Notes: generated by a model not told the origin, from the letters alone. A DNA stretch of 64,000 bases from Candidatus Enterocola sp. (GCA_045654205.1 JAZOMZ010000011.1:764-64763), one strand, 5' to 3'; positions 19,538-28,759 are shown, counted from the first letter of the stretch. Translations and numbers: made by a program.

Positions 19538-20794
19538 CTAACTATTTACGACTCTGTCGTAAATGCGTCTCACTTTCAGTCCGGCTTTGTCCCAGGTGAT
19601 GCGATTTACTTCGTCGCGACCTTCGCGGCTTAGAGTATCATAAATAGATGGATATTCTACAATGGCGTAAATAGCATCAGCCATAGCGTCGATATCCCAA
19701 TAGTCGGTTTTAATGGCATGGTCTAAAATTTCTGCACAACCAGATTGTTTAGAAATAATAGACGGAGTGCCCACTTGCATAGCCTCTAGAGGCGAAATAC
19801 CAAACGGTTCAGACACCGAAGGCATCATATACACATCGCTATCGGCAAGCATTTGAGTTACTTGTTTACCCTTTAAGAAACCTGGGAAATGCATTTTATC
19901 TGCAATGCCACGTTTTGCAGCTAGATCTATCATTGCTTGCATCATATCACCACTACCAGCCATCACAAAACGCACATTTTTTGTACGTTCAAGCACTTTA
20001 GCAGCAGCTTCCACAAAGTATTCTGGACCTTTTTGCATTGTAATACGACCAAGGAAGGTAACCAATTTCTCCTTGCGAGGAGTTTTCACAAACTGCTCCA
20101 CATTTGGAATAGGATCCACTGCATTGTGCACTGTAGTTACTTTTGCAGGGTCTTGATGATATTTTTCTATCACAGTGCGACGAGTAAGGTCGCTCACGCA
20201 AATAATATGGTCAGCAATATCCATACCACGTTTTTCTATGCTATACACAGTTGGGTTCACTTGACCACGGCTACGGTCGAAATCGGTAGCATGCACGTGT
20301 ATAACAAGTGGTTTACCTGTAATTTGTTTTGCAAAAATCCCTGCTGGATATGTTAACCAGTCGTGAGAGTGAATTACATCAAACTCCAAACTATGAGCAA
20401 GCACACCAGCCACTGCTTCGTAGTTCCCAATTTCCTGAAGCAAATTGTCTGGATAACGTCCCGAGAACTCTATTGTACCTATATTATTAGTACCAATACG
20501 AGTGAAATCGTATCTTATATGGTCTCTATAATAAAAATATTCATCAGGATGCATTATGCCGCCAAGCGTTCTGTCTACCTCTTCATACGAAGTTTCTTTC
20601 CACACCACTGGCACATTACAAGCACCTATAATCTTTAGAAAACTTTGGTCTTCGTCGCCATACGGTTTTGGAATTACGAATGTAATCTCCAAGTCTTTTT
20701 GTTCAGCCATACCACGTGTTAAACCATAACTCGCAGTGCCCAGACCTCCTAATATATGTGGTGGGAATTCCCATCCAAACATCAATGCTTTCAT
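19538..20794 (-). CDS. Glycosyltransferase family 4, glycogen-synthase-like
   Basis: GT-B fold motifs (GGLG near the N-terminus, EPFGISPLEAM) and its position between the GH57 and debranching-enzyme genes. Confidence 0.8.
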   Translation of the reverse strand: MKALMFGWEFPPHILGGLGTASYGLTRGMAEQKDLEITFVIPKPYGDEDQSFLKIIGACNVPVVWKETSYEEVDRTLGGIMHPDEYFYYRDHIRYDFTRIGTNNIGTIEFSGRYPDNLLQEIGNYEAVAGVLAHSLEFDVIHSHDWLTYPAGIFAKQITGKPLVIHVHATDFDRSRGQVNPTVYSIEKRGMDIADHIICVSDLTRRTVIEKYHQDPAKVTTVHNAVDPIPNVEQFVKTPRKEKLVTFLGRITMQKGPEYFVEAAAKVLERTKNVRFVMAGSGDMMQAMIDLAAKRGIADKMHFPGFLKGKQVTQMLADSDVYMMPSVSEPFGISPLEAMQVGTPSIISKQSGCAEILDHAIKTDYWDIDAMADAIYAIVEYPSIYDTLSREGRDEVNRITWDKAGLKVRRIYDRVVNS

Positions 20795-20804
20795 ATTATT
20801 AGTG

Positions 20805-22718
20805 TTATTCTATATTTTCTTTAAGTAATGATAAAGTTCTCAATATTTCACCCACAGAAGGAGCATAAGACATAGCTCCGTGTCCTTTGTATGGAGGGTT
20901 GCCATCGTGAAGTTCAGAAAGTGTACCAATGCAAAGTTTCTTCATTTCTGCTTCCATGCCAATTAGAAGGCGTTCTACGAAGCTAACACCGCCCATTTTA
21001 TGCAGTTTTAAATAACTTTCTGCATATGCACCAGTAAACCAAGGCCAAACAGGACCATTGTGATAATTTCTGTTTCTTTCAAGCATTCCGCCCACGTAAT
21101 TTGGTCTGTACGAGCCACTTTTTGGACTTAAACTACGCAAACCTTTGGTAGTAAAAAGCTCGCGTGTGCACACATCCAAAACAGATTTTTGTTGTTGTCT
21201 GTTTAGCGGAGAATATGGCATAGATACAGCCAAAATCATATTTGGACGCACTTCCACGTCTTTATATTCGCCGTTTACATAGTCGTAAAGGTAAAGTCCA
21301 TTCCAGAATGTATTTACAAAAGATTCTGCTGTTTTAGCTGCGATTTCTTCCCATGCAGGACTTTCTACAAGCATTGCTGCAAAGCGTAAAGAATTATACC
21401 ACAATGCATTAATTTCTACTACATATCCTGTACGTGGAGTAATAGGCTTACCGTCTTCTGTGGCATTCATCCAAGTCATTGGCACAGAAGTACCATCTAT
21501 TCTCACAAGTCCATTCTCATCTAGTTTTAAATTTGGATGTTTGCCTTGCATGATATAATCCACTATATCAACAGCTGACATAAGTAGATTTTTTTGCATT
21601 TGCATAGGGTCTACGGTGTAGTAATATTGTTGCAAAGCCCACACAAACCAAAGCAGAGCATCTGGAGAATCCAATTCTTGAATCACTTTGGTTTTTCCTG
21701 TTTCTATATAATCTGCAAATTCACTTATTGTGCTTTCTGCCAATGCTTCAAATGCTTCTTTGTCATCGATGCCCAAAGTACAGCCCACCATAGAAATAAA
21801 CTCATCACGAGCACGAACTTTGAACCAAGGATAACCTGCAAGAAGGTAGCTTTCATCATTTTCTTTATGACGGAATTGCACCGCTGCGTTGCGCAAACAT
21901 TGATACATATCGGTGCGAGCATGACGTTTTTCTAGTTCTTCTTCCCAAATTTTCTTCAGAGTAGTTGGGCTAATTTCAGAAATACCAGCAGATACATAAA
22001 TGCTTTCGCCTTTTTTAATTGGCATTTCAAAACAACCTGGCACAAGTAAATCTTCTGTATATGGGAAACCACGCTCCTGCTCTTTTGCATACATTATATT
22101 ATTGTACCAATTTGGCGTATGAGTGTAGGTTGGTTGTTTAGAAAATTGAATAAATAGATTTGGATAATTTTCGTAAAGTCTGTAGGCTGCACCTTTCTTT
22201 GCATTTTGTGCATCGGTATTTGCCATGTCATTTGCCTTTGAAAGCGAATGCACACTACGGAATGCAAGGAATGGTTTAAAACGAATGGTAGTGGCTGAGT
22301 GAGCTTGAAGTAGAGTGTATTTTGTTATCACTCTAGACTCATTTGCCACCATAAGTTGTTCTTTGGAAATAATCACCCCTCCCACTCTGTAAATGGTACT
22401 AGGAATTACCTCGCACTTAAATTCACGAATGTATTTGTGCCCGTTTGGACTAAAATGTCCGCCCTCATATTCATGCACGCCAAGGTTAAATTCAGCCCCG
22501 TGCTGAATAATAGTTTCATCTAGCGACGAAAGCAAAATATGGTTGTCGTTGTCGATAGAAGGAATAGGAATAACCAAATGCCCGTGAAATTTGCGGGTAT
22601 TACAACCTGTTAAAGTACTACTATTATAAGCCCCAGAACGATTTGTTCTGATAAATTCTTTGGTCAAAGACTTTTCTAAGTTGGTTAAAACCGTTTTATC
22701 AAAATTCAAATAATCCAT
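20805..22718 (-). CDS. Amylo-alpha-1,6-glucosidase (glycogen debranching enzyme family)
   Basis: 637 aa. C-terminal (alpha/alpha)6 signature region YHNGPVWPW and GTLSELHDG. Confidence 0.85.
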   Translation of the reverse strand: MDYLNFDKTVLTNLEKSLTKEFIRTNRSGAYNSSTLTGCNTRKFHGHLVIPIPSIDNDNHILLSSLDETIIQHGAEFNLGVHEYEGGHFSPNGHKYIREFKCEVIPSTIYRVGGVIISKEQLMVANESRVITKYTLLQAHSATTIRFKPFLAFRSVHSLSKANDMANTDAQNAKKGAAYRLYENYPNLFIQFSKQPTYTHTPNWYNNIMYAKEQERGFPYTEDLLVPGCFEMPIKKGESIYVSAGISEISPTTLKKIWEEELEKRHARTDMYQCLRNAAVQFRHKENDESYLLAGYPWFKVRARDEFISMVGCTLGIDDKEAFEALAESTISEFADYIETGKTKVIQELDSPDALLWFVWALQQYYYTVDPMQMQKNLLMSAVDIVDYIMQGKHPNLKLDENGLVRIDGTSVPMTWMNATEDGKPITPRTGYVVEINALWYNSLRFAAMLVESPAWEEIAAKTAESFVNTFWNGLYLYDYVNGEYKDVEVRPNMILAVSMPYSPLNRQQQKSVLDVCTRELFTTKGLRSLSPKSGSYRPNYVGGMLERNRNYHNGPVWPWFTGAYAESYLKLHKMGGVSFVERLLIGMEAEMKKLCIGTLSELHDGNPPYKGHGAMSYAPSVGEILRTLSLLKENIE

Positions 22719-22742
22719 GCCGTTTAAATTTAATGCCTTTTA

Positions 22743-22756
22743 TGCAAACGTTTGTA
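22743..22756. promoter_or_regulatory. LacI-family-type palindrome TGCAAACGTTTGTA in the 5' UTR of the glycogen operon
   Basis: 13/14 symmetric. It lies between a minus-strand TAttTTTG box (22783-22790) and ATG 22718. Confidence 0.4.
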
Positions 22757-22840
22757 AATTTAATAATATTTTTCCCTAATTCCAAAAATATTAAACACTA
22801 ATATGAAAATTAAATGTAGACCTCATTGTGAAACATATTA

Positions 22841-23836
22841 TTACACTATCCTATTCAACATTTCGTCGGCATCGATGCAAGTAAGAAGGGAAACTGCACA
22901 AAGTTTCTTGCCAAGGTCTTTAACAGAAGCACCTACATGATAAACCTTATCGTCAATTATTAAAAACCTATCATGTGCCTTGGTATATAGAACAACATCA
23001 ATTGGCGAATATTGAGAATTATATACTTGAAGATCCTGCCTAAAAGTTCTGCTTATTTGCAAAGTATAAACTTTTGCAGAAACATTAGCATTGCGCTTAG
23101 AAAGCGACTCCAATACAGATAAATCAATGTAGTTATCTATCAAAACAATTCTTTTTTCTGCTGATTCTATCAACTTACTCATCAAAATATGTGCATCAAA
23201 CAACTGACCATCGAAGAATACATTCTGTTTGGGTAGTTCGTATTTGGATATAGAATTTAGAATTGAATTAAATTTCTCATTATGGTCATCAAGCAATTTA
23301 TGTGTTACCAACTGATTATATTCTAATGTTTCTATACGGTTATACAAATCTCTATTAGCATAAAGGAATCTTCTCATAGAAACGAATGCACGCATTATAT
23401 GTATATTTACTTGTATTGCAGTAGATGATCTTAAAACACTACTAAGCATCGCAATACCATTTTCTGTAAATGCGTACGGCAAGTATTTTATATTCTCACC
23501 ACGTGTTGTTTTCAAGGTCGAATTTTGCGACCTTGATTCACTATTACTCTCTGAATCAGCTACATCCTCTTTCAAGGTCACAAATTGTGACCTTGAAAAT
23601 AAGGTACTATTAACTTCCTCTTTAGTTATCTGAAACATAAAATCATCTGGGAATCTTTCTATATTACGTTTAACCGCCTCATTTAGACGCTTTGTTTCCA
23701 CACCATATAGGCGTGCCAAGTCGCGGTCAAGCATTACCTGCTTACCTCTGATGTTTAGGATAAGATTTTCTATATTTTCTAAAGGATTTTGATTGGTTTG
23801 CAACGCATAGTTGCCTGATATTAATTTTTTACTCAT
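22841..23836 (-). CDS. ORF6N (KilA-N-like) domain protein with PLD/Nuc-like C-terminal half
   Basis: N-terminal LDRDLARLYGVETKRLNEAVKRNIERFPDDFMFQ (ORF6N). C-terminal HDRFLIIDDKVYHVGAS resembles the HxKxxxxD(x6)GS motif with K replaced by R. Confidence 0.75.
   Translation of the reverse strand: MSKKLISGNYALQTNQNPLENIENLILNIRGKQVMLDRDLARLYGVETKRLNEAVKRNIERFPDDFMFQITKEEVNSTLFSRSQFVTLKEDVADSESNSESRSQNSTLKTTRGENIKYLPYAFTENGIAMLSSVLRSSTAIQVNIHIMRAFVSMRRFLYANRDLYNRIETLEYNQLVTHKLLDDHNEKFNSILNSISKYELPKQNVFFDGQLFDAHILMSKLIESAEKRIVLIDNYIDLSVLESLSKRNANVSAKVYTLQISRTFRQDLQVYNSQYSPIDVVLYTKAHDRFLIIDDKVYHVGASVKDLGKKLCAVSLLTCIDADEMLNRIV
23511..23597. repeat. Two related palindromes (arms TCAAGGTC / GACCTTGA) 60 nt apart inside the ORF6N gene
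   Basis: tcaaggtcg-aattttg-cgaccttga at 23512-23536 and a 27-nt near-perfect palindrome at 23571-23597. Confidence 0.85.
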
Positions 23837-23880
23837 TACGATTAAAAATTAAGATTAATAATTCTAGTTAATATGGACGT

Positions 23881-24252
23881 TCAACGCATGAGGCTTGCGC
23901 AATACATCCATTGTTTATTCACAAAATATAACCAAGACCTAACTCCTGCTTGAGGTACAAGAGCTACTGCAAAGATAACATTTTTATGGGATATATATTT
24001 TGTTCTATAATAAATTTTATTTGGGACTACTGCCTCTACTTCAATCCAAAGATAATTGGTATATCTCATGCGTTCGTTTTCAAATGCTAGATAGATGGTC
24101 TTTGCTCCTTTGGTGGCAATACGACCATTGCAAGATTGTGTACCGATAGTTGAATAATCTACATCATAGTTGAGATTTGAAGCAGATTTTATTACATCTT
24201 GAAATTGTTTTGCTTGAGATTGATTGCGGAATCGGCAAGAATATGTATATTT
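23881..24252 (-). pseudogene. Start-less open frame, possible 5'-truncated gene remnant
   Basis: The frame is open for ~124 codons from the stop at ~24253, but the only ATG gives 62 aa. The peptide looks protein-like (GRIATKGAKTIYLAFENERMRYTNYLWIEVE). Confidence 0.3.
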
Positions 24253-24273
24253 GTGATAGGATTATAATATACT

Positions 24274-25350
24274 ATGTTTTCTGAGTCGTCGTCTTCTGCT
24301 TTTATACAGTCTGGGCCTATTTCTAATAAATGGTCCGAAATAACCCTTTTGCAAGTGCGATCGCGCAATGCGCTTTATACGGGTATTAGGCATGGTAGAA
24401 AGTTTCTTATCAAGGCCATAAAACCCGTGTATGGGGATGCTGTGACTAGTCCATATGCTACGCAAAGCAAAATTCTGCAAGAAAAAGAGTTCCGCTTGGG
24501 TATTTTGCTCAATCATCCACACATAATGAGTACCTACTCTCTTGAAGAAGTAGAAGATATGGGTCTATGTATCGTAAGTGAATGGATTGAGGGTGTTACA
24601 CTAGGCGAATGGCTTAAAAATAAACAAAATATTAATGAGCGTCGCAGAGTATTTATGCAGATTTTAGATGCATTGGAGTATATACATAGTTTACAACTAG
24701 TACACAACGATATTAAGCTAGATAATATCATGGTTACCACCAATGGCACCAATGTAAAGCTCATAGATTTTGGTCTGTCGAACACCGACGATGCTGTGCT
24801 TACCGAAACCAACGATGTTAGGAAAGATATCATAGGCGTTGGTAAAATTATGAAGAGAATGTTCGCCTCTAGCGGGCTATTTGGAACCTCTCGCTACCCT
24901 ATCACTACACGCAGATCACTGCATGGTGAGTATGAAAACATCGCTGCACTACGCAAAGCATTCTTACACTCAAATGTTGTAGCGAAATGGATGTATGTTT
25001 TGCTTATACTTGTGTTAGTTGCTTTGTGCGCAGGCTTAATAAACGAACGCGTACAAGAGAAAATAAAGCAACAAGAAATAATGGAGCTTGTGCGCACTAC
25101 AGTTGACAAAGATATACGCAGAATGTATGACGTGATAAATGCCACCAATACTTACATAGATGCCACACGAGCATTGAGCAGTATTAATACCATTTCTACA
25201 CGCGACTCGCTTGTAAATCTGTATTCAGACGATATTGCCTCTGCCATCTATGCAGGCTCAGTATGGGACCAATATTTCACCTCACAATACAACACCCTAC
25301 TCCAAGAAGTCAAAACCAACCGCACCAAGTGGCCCTATCCGTGGGAGTAA
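24274..25350 (+). CDS. Atypical Hanks-type Ser/Thr protein kinase-like membrane protein
   Basis: FLIKAIK (VAIK Lys), HNDIKLDN catalytic loop, DFGLS. The Gly-loop is degenerate and the activation segment is short. One TM (WMYVLLILVLVALCAGLI) is followed by a ~100-aa extracytoplasmic tail. TAtaTTTG box at 24246-24253. Confidence 0.7.
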   Translation: MFSESSSSAFIQSGPISNKWSEITLLQVRSRNALYTGIRHGRKFLIKAIKPVYGDAVTSPYATQSKILQEKEFRLGILLNHPHIMSTYSLEEVEDMGLCIVSEWIEGVTLGEWLKNKQNINERRRVFMQILDALEYIHSLQLVHNDIKLDNIMVTTNGTNVKLIDFGLSNTDDAVLTETNDVRKDIIGVGKIMKRMFASSGLFGTSRYPITTRRSLHGEYENIAALRKAFLHSNVVAKWMYVLLILVLVALCAGLINERVQEKIKQQEIMELVRTTVDKDIRRMYDVINATNTYIDATRALSSINTISTRDSLVNLYSDDIASAIYAGSVWDQYFTSQYNTLLQEVKTNRTKWPYPWE

Positions 25351-25427
25351 TTTCCATTATTATATAAAAACTGCTGCATCATTACAAGTTGCAGCAGTTT
25401 TATTAATTTACTATAGATTAAAATCAA

Positions 25428-27302
25428 CTATGGTATATCATTTACTGATTCATACCATTCTCCATCATAAAAATATGGTTTGTTAGGGTCAATTATTAAG
25501 TCTTTTGTTTGAGCTTGATAATATAATCCATCTATATAATTATATATTGGATAGTTATTATATGAATTAAATATTATATTTGAATAAACAATTAGATCAA
25601 TAGTATATGACCAAACACTGTATCCATTTACGTTTCTATATTCTTTTATAGCTTTTTCACCTGGCCATTTATTATTTTCTTCTCCTAATTCATTCCACAC
25701 ATATACACCTACTGCATTCCAGCGGTCTGTATCTACAAAATAAACTGTCATAGAAGATTTAAGTGTAGTAAATGTTTCTTGATCACCATATACTACTCCG
25801 CCAGCATATCTTACATATGCACGAACATAATATGTTGTATTCGAAGACAAATTAGTTAAACTACAATCAAAGAAAGTGCCAACACTACTAGATTTTATAA
25901 TATTGTCATCAATGGTAGGATTAGGATTTTTACTATAACATACACCTTCTTCTAGTATTTTGAATGAACCAGAACTTGCAATTCCACTACATTCCGCAGA
26001 AGAATAAGTAATATTGTCTATAAAAAGACTAACTGAAGGCAATGACAGTGTAAATTCTTGTTGTTCTCCGTAAATAATATTTTCTTGATACTTAGCATAT
26101 GCACGCACATAATATGTGGTATTTAGCGCTAATTCAGAAATTTCACATGTAAATTTACCTACTCCTGCACCTAACTCTATTATCTTATCTGAGATTGTAG
26201 GGTCTGAGTTTGTAGAATAACATACACCACGTTCTGTTATTTCATAATCATTTGAAGTAATATTTCCACTAAATTCAATAGTTTCTTTATCAATAACTCT
26301 TATCTCATTTGTTGTGATAGCTGGCAAAGCAAGAGTTCTAAATTTGACCTCTTTACCATATGCCATTTCATTTGTATTAAACTTGGCATATGCTTTAACA
26401 TAATACACTGTATTTGGAGTTAAATCTGTTAGTGCGTAACTTATATCTCCTATTGTTGTACCTAATGAAACTGTTTTACCATAAGCAATAGAAACATTAG
26501 TAGATGTGCCATAACAGAATCCTATTTCTGCAATATCACATTCTTCTTCAAGAGACACATTACCTTTTAGGGTTGCACATGTAGCATTTATATTCTCAAC
26601 TGTATTAGTGATAACATTTGGAGCTTTATTGGTAATAAATTCAATTACTTCACCATATGACTCACCTGCAATATTTTTTGCGTAAGCTCTAACCCAATAA
26701 GTAGTATTAGATTTTAAATCTGATAAATCAACAGTAAATTTACCAGAAACTGCTTTTGCCTCAACTAGATTAGCCTCTGCAATAGTTGGTTCCTCTGAAA
26801 CATCAGAAAATACAACTCCAAGTGTAGTAAGTTTTTCTTCAGATTTAAGAACCTCAGCCTCTACTTTTGCAGAAGATGTATTAATATTTAACACAGAAAG
26901 TGTATTTACAACAGGAAGTGGTTTTGTTGTGATAATAATATCATTACCATAAACAATACCAGTCATATTCTCTGCAAATGCTCTTACATAATATTTTGTA
27001 GAACCTGAAAGATTTTTAATTACACCTGTAAATGTACTAGACTGTAGTTCGTTCTCTTTTTCAACCACATTATCGTATATTGTAGGTTCTGGAGTTGTAG
27101 CATAACAAAATCCATATTTATCTACCGTTACACGTTGATTTCCTTCTGAATCAATTCTACCTTTAACTTTTACACCACCTTGAACAAATTCAACATTATT
27201 GTATGTTTCTACAGTAACAGGGTAAACAATTGGTTCGTTTTCACATCCTATTAAACCTAATAAACTTATTATTAGTGAATAAAATATTATTTTTTTCTTC
27301 AT
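25428..27302 (-). CDS. Surface lipoprotein with five ~95-aa Fn3-like repeats and a C-terminal CBM25/26-like module
   Basis: Lipobox LIGC. Each repeat ends in T(T/V)YYVRAYA...YG. The C-terminal VYFVDTDRWNAVGVYVWNE...NKWPGEKA parallels the two starch-binding-like modules of the amylase at 45305-48313. Confidence 0.8.
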   Translation of the reverse strand: MKKKIIFYSLIISLLGLIGCENEPIVYPVTVETYNNVEFVQGGVKVKGRIDSEGNQRVTVDKYGFCYATTPEPTIYDNVVEKENELQSSTFTGVIKNLSGSTKYYVRAFAENMTGIVYGNDIIITTKPLPVVNTLSVLNINTSSAKVEAEVLKSEEKLTTLGVVFSDVSEEPTIAEANLVEAKAVSGKFTVDLSDLKSNTTYWVRAYAKNIAGESYGEVIEFITNKAPNVITNTVENINATCATLKGNVSLEEECDIAEIGFCYGTSTNVSIAYGKTVSLGTTIGDISYALTDLTPNTVYYVKAYAKFNTNEMAYGKEVKFRTLALPAITTNEIRVIDKETIEFSGNITSNDYEITERGVCYSTNSDPTISDKIIELGAGVGKFTCEISELALNTTYYVRAYAKYQENIIYGEQQEFTLSLPSVSLFIDNITYSSAECSGIASSGSFKILEEGVCYSKNPNPTIDDNIIKSSSVGTFFDCSLTNLSSNTTYYVRAYVRYAGGVVYGDQETFTTLKSSMTVYFVDTDRWNAVGVYVWNELGEENNKWPGEKAIKEYRNVNGYSVWSYTIDLIVYSNIIFNSYNNYPIYNYIDGLYYQAQTKDLIIDPNKPYFYDGEWYESVNDIP

Positions 27303-27314
27303 CTTTCTAATTTT

Positions 27315-28253
27315 TTAAAAACAATAGCCAATTCCTAATTTAGCTTGATGGAAAATGCCATCAGAAATATAAACTGAATAACCTGCAGAAATCAAGAATC
27401 CTTTAATATTACCTGTTAAACCAGCTTCTACCACTGCCCCATGATATACTGTTGAATTGGTGTGCATTTTAATCCACTCTCCATTAACAGCCTCACCATA
27501 CAATCCACGATAACCATATCCCACACCTGCGTAGGCATAAAGTGGAATTCTCATTCTCACCATACCACCCACAGTAGCTTCAAGACGAGTGTATTCAGTT
27601 TTACCTGTATAAAAAGGCTCATAAGGATAACAACCATAATTTTCATAAGTATTAATTAGGCCGCCATCACGTGCTTCAAATTTAGAATCAAATCTAAATA
27701 CAAAATTAGACATAGCACTCACATAAAAACCAGCTTGTTTTACATAAGCATAAGTTAAACCGAATGCATAATCTGGAGAACTAGAGAGACCTGCATTTAC
27801 CATTATCATATGACTCCAAGGATAAGAAGCAATGCGTTCTTTTCTTTCTTGTTTTCTTTGTTCTCTTTCTGCGGCTTTTATTTTTTCTTCTTCAGCCTTT
27901 TTTTCAGCTTTGATGCGTGCCTCTTCTGCAGCGATTCTCTCTGCTTCAGCTTTTTGCTCTGCTTTGATACGAGCTTCTTCGGCAGCTTTTCTTTCTTTTT
28001 CTTCTTTAGCCAAACGTTCTGTCTCAGCTTTTTGTTCTGCTTCAATACGAGCTGCTTCTGCTGCTTTTTTATCTGCCTCTTCCTGTGCCAAGCGTTCTGC
28101 TTCTGCCGACTTTTCCGCCTCTTTACGTTCCAACTCTAGTTGTTCTGAGAGCGAAATACCACCAGTAGAAACAATCACATTTCTAGAAAATTGTGCCAAA
28201 CACACGTTTGACACAATTAGAAATATAAATGATGTAAAAATTATTCTAAACAT
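27315..28253 (-). CDS. Secreted protein: Ala/Glu/Lys coiled-coil repeats plus a C-terminal beta-barrel-like domain
   Basis: Signal peptide, ~3 imperfect 25-26-aa repeats (ERLAKEE..AAEEARIKAEQKAEA), an alternating beta pattern, and a C-terminal Phe (GIGYCF) as in OM beta-barrels. Confidence 0.7.
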   Translation of the reverse strand: MFRIIFTSFIFLIVSNVCLAQFSRNVIVSTGGISLSEQLELERKEAEKSAEAERLAQEEADKKAAEAARIEAEQKAETERLAKEEKERKAAEEARIKAEQKAEAERIAAEEARIKAEKKAEEEKIKAAEREQRKQERKERIASYPWSHMIMVNAGLSSSPDYAFGLTYAYVKQAGFYVSAMSNFVFRFDSKFEARDGGLINTYENYGCYPYEPFYTGKTEYTRLEATVGGMVRMRIPLYAYAGVGYGYRGLYGEAVNGEWIKMHTNSTVYHGAVVEAGLTGNIKGFLISAGYSVYISDGIFHQAKLGIGYCF

Positions 28254-28270
28254 AGATTTTTAAATCTTAG

Positions 28271-28759
28271 TTATTTCTTTTTGAATAAACTCATTAAACC
28301 TGAAGGTTGTGGATTTGTATCTGTTTTACCTGTACCTTCTGCTTCTAAAATCCATTTATCTTCTGGAGTTGCATTTCTATAATTTTGATAAGTTGCAGGA
28401 TAACCAGTTACAGAAATAACTAAGTAATTATTAGCATCTGTTTGGATTTCTACAATTGGAGCAACTAATACGTCTGCTTTATTCGCTGCAATTGCATTGT
28501 AAATAACAGTTTGTTTCTCTTTTTGTGCAATTGCATTTATTTCTTGTTCTGTTTTTGTATTTACTTTCACATTAATACGTTCTGCGTAAATAATACGAGT
28601 TTCAGAAACTTTTAGATCTGCTACCAAAGGTACAGTATGAACAGATTGAGTAGATTCAATAGTTCTGTACTCCAAAGATTGGTAAGTTTTTGCTTTTGTT
28701 GCACAAGAAGACAACATCACTGCCACAACGGCACCTAAAAGAAGTAATTTTGCTTTCAT
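28271..28759 (-). CDS. Lipoprotein, function unknown
   Basis: Signal plus lipobox (MLSSC). First gene behind the repeat-A promoter. Confidence 0.7.
   Translation of the reverse strand: MKAKLLLLGAVVAVMLSSCATKAKTYQSLEYRTIESTQSVHTVPLVADLKVSETRIIYAERINVKVNTKTEQEINAIAQKEKQTVIYNAIAANKADVLVAPIVEIQTDANNYLVISVTGYPATYQNYRNATPEDKWILEAEGTGKTDTNPQPSGLMSLFKKK

Noticed and set aside
24262-24522. An 86-aa minus-strand ORF.
   Set aside because: It is antisense to the N-terminus of the kinase gene, which has recognisable catalytic motifs and a good promoter box.
25772-27227. A regular ~285-nt periodicity that could be mistaken for a repeat array or CRISPR-like structure.
   Set aside because: The repeats are in-frame, diverged protein-domain repeats (five Fn3-like units) inside one long ORF. 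There are no short identical direct repeats with unique spacers.
27810-28263. Plus-strand ORFs of 109 and 143 aa (Phe/Ser/Ala-rich).
   Set aside because: They are antisense mirrors of the Ala/Glu/Lys coiled-coil repeat region of the 312-aa minus-strand gene. They are low-complexity and have no start context.
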